This document shows positions 60,210 to 64,000 of a stretch of 64,000 nt of DNA, one piece after another. The stretch is from positions 384,001-448,000 of the forward strand of contig CAWGLD010000001.1 in NCBI GenBank assembly GCA_963823335.1. The letters run 5' to 3'. Within the stretch, counting starts at the first letter, position 1. Every line of letters begins with the position of its first letter. Under the pieces are notes generated by a model. It did no database searches, had not been told where the DNA came from, and saw nothing but the letters and a program-made list of their open reading frames with translations. Position numbers and translations under genes: made by a program. Source of the stretch: an uncultured delta proteobacterium. Lineage in GTDB: Bacteria; Desulfobacterota; Desulfobacteria; Desulfobacterales; B30-G6.

Positions 60210-60969
60210 ACCGTATATCGCTGATCGCCAAGCGATCAACGATATACGGAACGAGATCCCTGAAATCCACCAGCATTTCGTCTGCCACGCGCCGGGGCTC
60301 ACTGTCCTGGTATGAAATACCGACATAGTGATCGATCCCTAGCTGTTGTCCGGCACAAAAGTCTTTGAGGGAAGGCTTGGCCATGCTGGCCACACGGATG
60401 GCATTCTGTTCCGCCGCCCACTTGAAATGGGGCCCATCCCCACCGCTGTCACCCATGACCAGGATCTTTTGGGGCGCAATCTGAAAGTGCCTGGCAGCCA
60501 GGGCCGTATTGACGGGTTTGTCCGCAATTTCCTGCAAATCGAAAATGATTTCTGGGTCACTTTCAGTGGTCGGAAAGGTCAAGCCCGGCTGCGCCGACAG
60601 CGCTGAAACCCGGGGCAGTAATTTCTTGAAAAAAACACGCTGAAAATACCCCCTGGACCCGGTGGTGTTGATCATGAAGAGAATGTTTCTGGATAGACAT
60701 GCCTCTATCAGTTCGGGAACCCCTGTATAGTGCGCGAATTGCGCGTCAAGATAGGCATCCATCTGGTCGACACTCAGGGGTGCAGGCAAGAGTTCGTGGC
60801 AATGTTGCATGGCCTCGCTCAAGGCTATCATGTTGGCGGTGTATTGTCTGAAAATTACGGACAGTTCCGAAGTGAGATGCGGATAAATAAATGACATGAA
60901 GTCAAACGGTCCGCTAGGGGAAAGACACTCGCTCCAGTCCGATGAGATCAATCCACGGTACTTCCTCAT
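60208..60969 (-). CDS. HAD-superfamily-like protein
   Basis: ISSDWSECL (motif I-like), NTTG, K, MGDSGGD (motif IV). Confidence 0.6.
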   Translation of the reverse strand: MRKYRGLISSDWSECLSPSGPFDFMSFIYPHLTSELSVIFRQYTANMIALSEAMQHCHELLPAPLSVDQMDAYLDAQFAHYTGVPELIEACLSRNILFMINTTGSRGYFQRVFFKKLLPRVSALSAQPGLTFPTTESDPEIIFDLQEIADKPVNTALAARHFQIAPQKILVMGDSGGDGPHFKWAAEQNAIRVASMAKPSLKDFCAGQQLGIDHYVGISYQDSEPRRVADEMLVDFRDLVPYIVDRLAISDIR

Positions 60970-61400
60970 GGCATGCTGGGTCCCTGGAGGATGCCGGCAG
61001 ACTTTTTCACCCCTCCACAGGGTGATCGGTCACGCCAGTCCATGAAAAATAATCCACAATACACTATTTAATTCGATAGTTCAATTTCTTGTCCAAATAC
61101 CTTCTAACAAACCAATATATATCGTTAAATAGATTGTTGCCCGCCACCTTTCATTAAATTTTCCGTTCGAAAAATAGCCCATCTTTGTTCATTGACATCC
61201 TCTCAGGAGTGAATACTATTCTTTTTATATATACCCAAATTGAAGAACCCCACGGCAGACCACGTTGGCACTCGCCGTTGGGGTTAAGATACACCTGGGG
61301 TTGCAGTGCATATAGGCAAAATCATCTTTTCGCTAATTCGGGAACTTTTTTCCTAAAGCCCTTGAGTATCGGGAAACATTAACAAAAAAGGAGTATCCAA

Positions 61401-62945
61401 ATGAAATTATCTATAAAAATGAAATTCAGCCTGGCAATGATGTCGCTTCTGTTGTTAGGCGCCTGTGCGCAGACATCGGTTACACCCGAGGTCCAACCCG
61501 CGGCAGCCCCAAAAAATCCCATCGAATCTGTGGCCGGTCTCGAAACCGCGATTGCCAAAGCCAAACAGGACCAGCTTGACGTTTTATCCCCTGAATGGTT
61601 CTCCAAGGCCGAGGGGTTCTATGCCAAAGCCAAAAAAGGCACCGAAGAAGGCAGTGGAATTTCAGAAATTTTAGAAAACATTTCCAAAGGGCAGGCAGCC
61701 CTGAATAGCGCCGAAGAAACATCCAAAGTCGCCCGAACCATGTTGCCCGAAGTAATTGAAAGCCGGAAAAAAGCCCACCTGGCCGGTGCGGCCAATCTGG
61801 GTGAAGACTTTACCAAGGTCGAGAATCAATTCTTGGACCTGACACGGGCCATAGAGGACAATAATATCCGATATACCCAAAAAAACGCCCCCAGTGTCAA
61901 CGAGGCCTATCTTGCATTGGAACTGAACGCCATCAAGGCGGCCAGCATCGGGAAGGTTCTGCCCTTGCTCGCCCAAGCTAAAGCTGAAAAAGCCGAAAAG
62001 TATGTCCCTCAGTCTTTCTCCATGGCCCAAAAAAGCGCCGATGATACCGACAAATTTATCACCGGCAACCGATATGCCAAGGAAGAAATCGATCAGAAAG
62101 TCAAAGCATCCATGTTCCTGGCAGAACGAGCGCTCAATTTGAACAATCAGAGCCAAACGCTCGACAAGATGAATCCGGAAGAAATTGCCCTGGGGATAGA
62201 AAAAAACCTGCAGAAGGTTACAACCCAGTTATCGGCTCAAGATATGCGTAATCAGGCCGTGGATGTCCAGGTGGATAACATTGTGGGATCCATCACACAG
62301 CTCCAAAAGGACAATCAATCTCTGAACACCGCACTCGACTCTGAAAAAAAGGCATACAAAGACCGTTCAGCACTATATGAATCACAGGTTGCCACATTGA
62401 ATCAGCGCATTGCAACGCTCGAAGGCAGCACGGTAAAAGATCAGAAGGAAATGGCCGATCTACTGGCAGAACAGAAAGCCACTGAGCAGAAGCTGACGGC
62501 TGAAAGGGAGTTCAACAAAAAATACCTGGAGGTTCAAGCTTTCTTCAGGGCTGATGAAGCCGAAGTCTACAAACAAAAAAACCAGCTGGTTATCAGGCTA
62601 AAGGCCATGCAATTCCCCGTGGGCACTGCCACCATTTCGCCTGAAAACTTTGGACTCCTGGGCAAGGTGCAGCGGGCGATCCAGACATTTGAAGGATCGT
62701 CTGTGGTAGTTGAGGGGCATACGGACAGCACCGGCAGCGATGAGGTCAATCAGGCATTATCAACCCAACGCGCGGAAGCGGTAAGTGCGTATCTGGTGGC
62801 CAACAAAACGATTCAGGCCGATAAAATTGATCCCAGGGGCTATGGCCCCACAAAGCCGCTGGCCTCCAACGCAACCCCGGAAGGCCGGGCCATCAATCGA
62901 CGTATCGATGTGATCATTAACCCTGCCTTAACGCCCGAACAATAA
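61401..62945 (+). CDS. OmpA-family lipoprotein with long helical region
   Basis: LLGAC lipobox; VEGHTDSTG, LSTQRA, GYG..P..N..GRAINRRID. Confidence 0.9.
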   Translation: MKLSIKMKFSLAMMSLLLLGACAQTSVTPEVQPAAAPKNPIESVAGLETAIAKAKQDQLDVLSPEWFSKAEGFYAKAKKGTEEGSGISEILENISKGQAALNSAEETSKVARTMLPEVIESRKKAHLAGAANLGEDFTKVENQFLDLTRAIEDNNIRYTQKNAPSVNEAYLALELNAIKAASIGKVLPLLAQAKAEKAEKYVPQSFSMAQKSADDTDKFITGNRYAKEEIDQKVKASMFLAERALNLNNQSQTLDKMNPEEIALGIEKNLQKVTTQLSAQDMRNQAVDVQVDNIVGSITQLQKDNQSLNTALDSEKKAYKDRSALYESQVATLNQRIATLEGSTVKDQKEMADLLAEQKATEQKLTAEREFNKKYLEVQAFFRADEAEVYKQKNQLVIRLKAMQFPVGTATISPENFGLLGKVQRAIQTFEGSSVVVEGHTDSTGSDEVNQALSTQRAEAVSAYLVANKTIQADKIDPRGYGPTKPLASNATPEGRAINRRIDVIINPALTPEQ

Positions 62946-62954
62946 CACCGGGCA

Positions 62955-62992
62955 GTGAAGAGGTCACGCGCTTACGCACGCGACCTCTTCAC
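62955..62992. terminator. hairpin immediately after the OmpA gene
   Basis: GTGAAGAGGTC...GACCTCTTCAC 11-bp stem. Confidence 0.5.
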
Positions 62993-63019
62993 GACCTAAA
63001 AAAGCACCGCAAATTGAAG

Positions 63020-63159
63020 AACCTCGCAGCAAGCTACGAGGAATGTTCTGTCGTGCGACAGTGCTTCGCAGCGACCGTAAGGAATTCTGTCTAATCTAGA
63101 TTCGCTCGCTAACCCCGCAGCATGCGAAGCACTGCCGAACGGCAGAACCTACGGGGAAT
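63020..63159. repeat. two REP-like hairpins
   Basis: AACCTCGCAGCAAGCTACGAGGAAT (63020-63044) and expanded form 63111-63159. Confidence 0.6.
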
Positions 63160-63290
63160 GCGCTCGCTTTTTCGGTTCAAGCGATTGTTTGACGTTATTT
63201 GCTATAGCGGTTTCGGAACGGCATTGCGACAAACGCTCAATCACAATTTTTCTCAAGAATAATTTTGAGGCGCTTCCGGAAATACCTTGG

Positions 63291-64000
63291 CTAGCTGTTT
63301 TTAAACACGGGCTTCCGTTTTTCCAGAAACGCCCTCTGGCCTTCCACGAGGTCGGCACTCTCCAGGGATGCCTGCACAAGCTTTTTGGCCTCAGCCTGCT
63401 GTCGGGCATCCAGGCGGCCGGATGCTGATATCAGATTGAGGATACGCTTGATGCCCCTGAGAGACAACGGGGCATTGGCGGCGATCTCTTCTGCCAGCGC
63501 ATAGGTAAAAACAGCCAGTTCGTCCCGGGGCAGAACATAATCCACCAGACCCATCTCTTTCAGACGATCTGTTTTGTAGCGCCGGGCCGTAAAGAACATC
63601 TCCTTGGTCCGGGGCAACCCGATAGCCCGCACAAACCGCTCGAGACCCTCGGGAAAATAAACCATTCCCAGGCGGGCCGGTACCATCCCCATCTGCACGT
63701 GATCTGCGGCAATACGCATATCACAAGCCACCGCCAGATCGCAGGCACCGCCGAATGCAAATCCGTTCAGCATGGCAATCACGGGATAGGGATAGTCGAC
63801 AATGCTCTTGACGGCCAGTTCAAAGGGGCTTCTGTTTTGCAGCAGTTTTTGTACTTCCGGGGACCCACCCGCTGGAATGGCTTTGATGTCGTACCCCGAT
63901 GAAAAAGCCTTGTGGCCCGCCCCCCGAAGAATCACCACCCGAATACGATCTTCGGATGCGTGTCTTTGCAGCACCTGGTAGAGTTGAACCAGCATCTCCG
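63291..64000 (-). CDS. enoyl-CoA hydratase/isomerase (start beyond right edge)
   Basis: AFSSGYDI, PVIAMLNG.AFGG, CDMRIA, EGQRAFLEKRKP. Confidence 0.9.
   Translation of the reverse strand, partial: EMLVQLYQVLQRHASEDRIRVVILRGAGHKAFSSGYDIKAIPAGGSPEVQKLLQNRSPFELAVKSIVDYPYPVIAMLNGFAFGGACDLAVACDMRIAADHVQMGMVPARLGMVYFPEGLERFVRAIGLPRTKEMFFTARRYKTDRLKEMGLVDYVLPRDELAVFTYALAEEIAANAPLSLRGIKRILNLISASGRLDARQQAEAKKLVQASLESADLVEGQRAFLEKRKPVFKNS

Noticed and set aside
61244-61375. c-di-GMP-I riboswitch upstream of the OmpA gene (GGCAAA...AAAGCC)
   Set aside because: Lacks the GAAA-capped P2 stem and GACGC motif; the nearby hairpin looks REP-like

Overview
Bacterial chromosomal window. Gene content (rubrerythrin/PerR, split GcvPA/PB, multiheme cytochrome, SulP-TCS cluster) suggests an anaerobic Desulfobacterota-like organism; this is inference only. 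Left arm (1-17 kb): two acyl-CoA dehydrogenases, a thiolase, an Lrp-led glycine cleavage/lipoate operon whose first gene is a GcvT-serine hydroxymethyltransferase fusion, then a cytochrome b/Rieske/octaheme-TPR module. Centre (~17.25-42.44 kb): an accessory block that appears to split a small gene into halves 25 kb apart. It starts with a collapsed three-piece relic of the gcv-lip operon, ends in stacked IS630-type elements, and encodes periplasmic ester hydrolases, beta-barrels and three DUF1254/DUF1214 proteins, many frameshifted. Right arm: rbr/perR, a PEP-synthase-like ATP-grasp pair, a TetR-SulP-two-component cluster, ilvD, toxin-antitoxin debris, an OmpA lipoprotein and an enoyl-CoA hydratase. 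Intergenic DNA holds several small repeat families: 103-bp TA-flanked MITEs, a 74-nt two-hairpin repeat, GNA-triloop mini-hairpin arrays, inverted 7-9-mer arrays linked to a four-helix-bundle cassette, and REP/IS605-end-like hairpins. No rRNA, tRNA or CRISPR seen. Family calls come from motif recall, not database searches.
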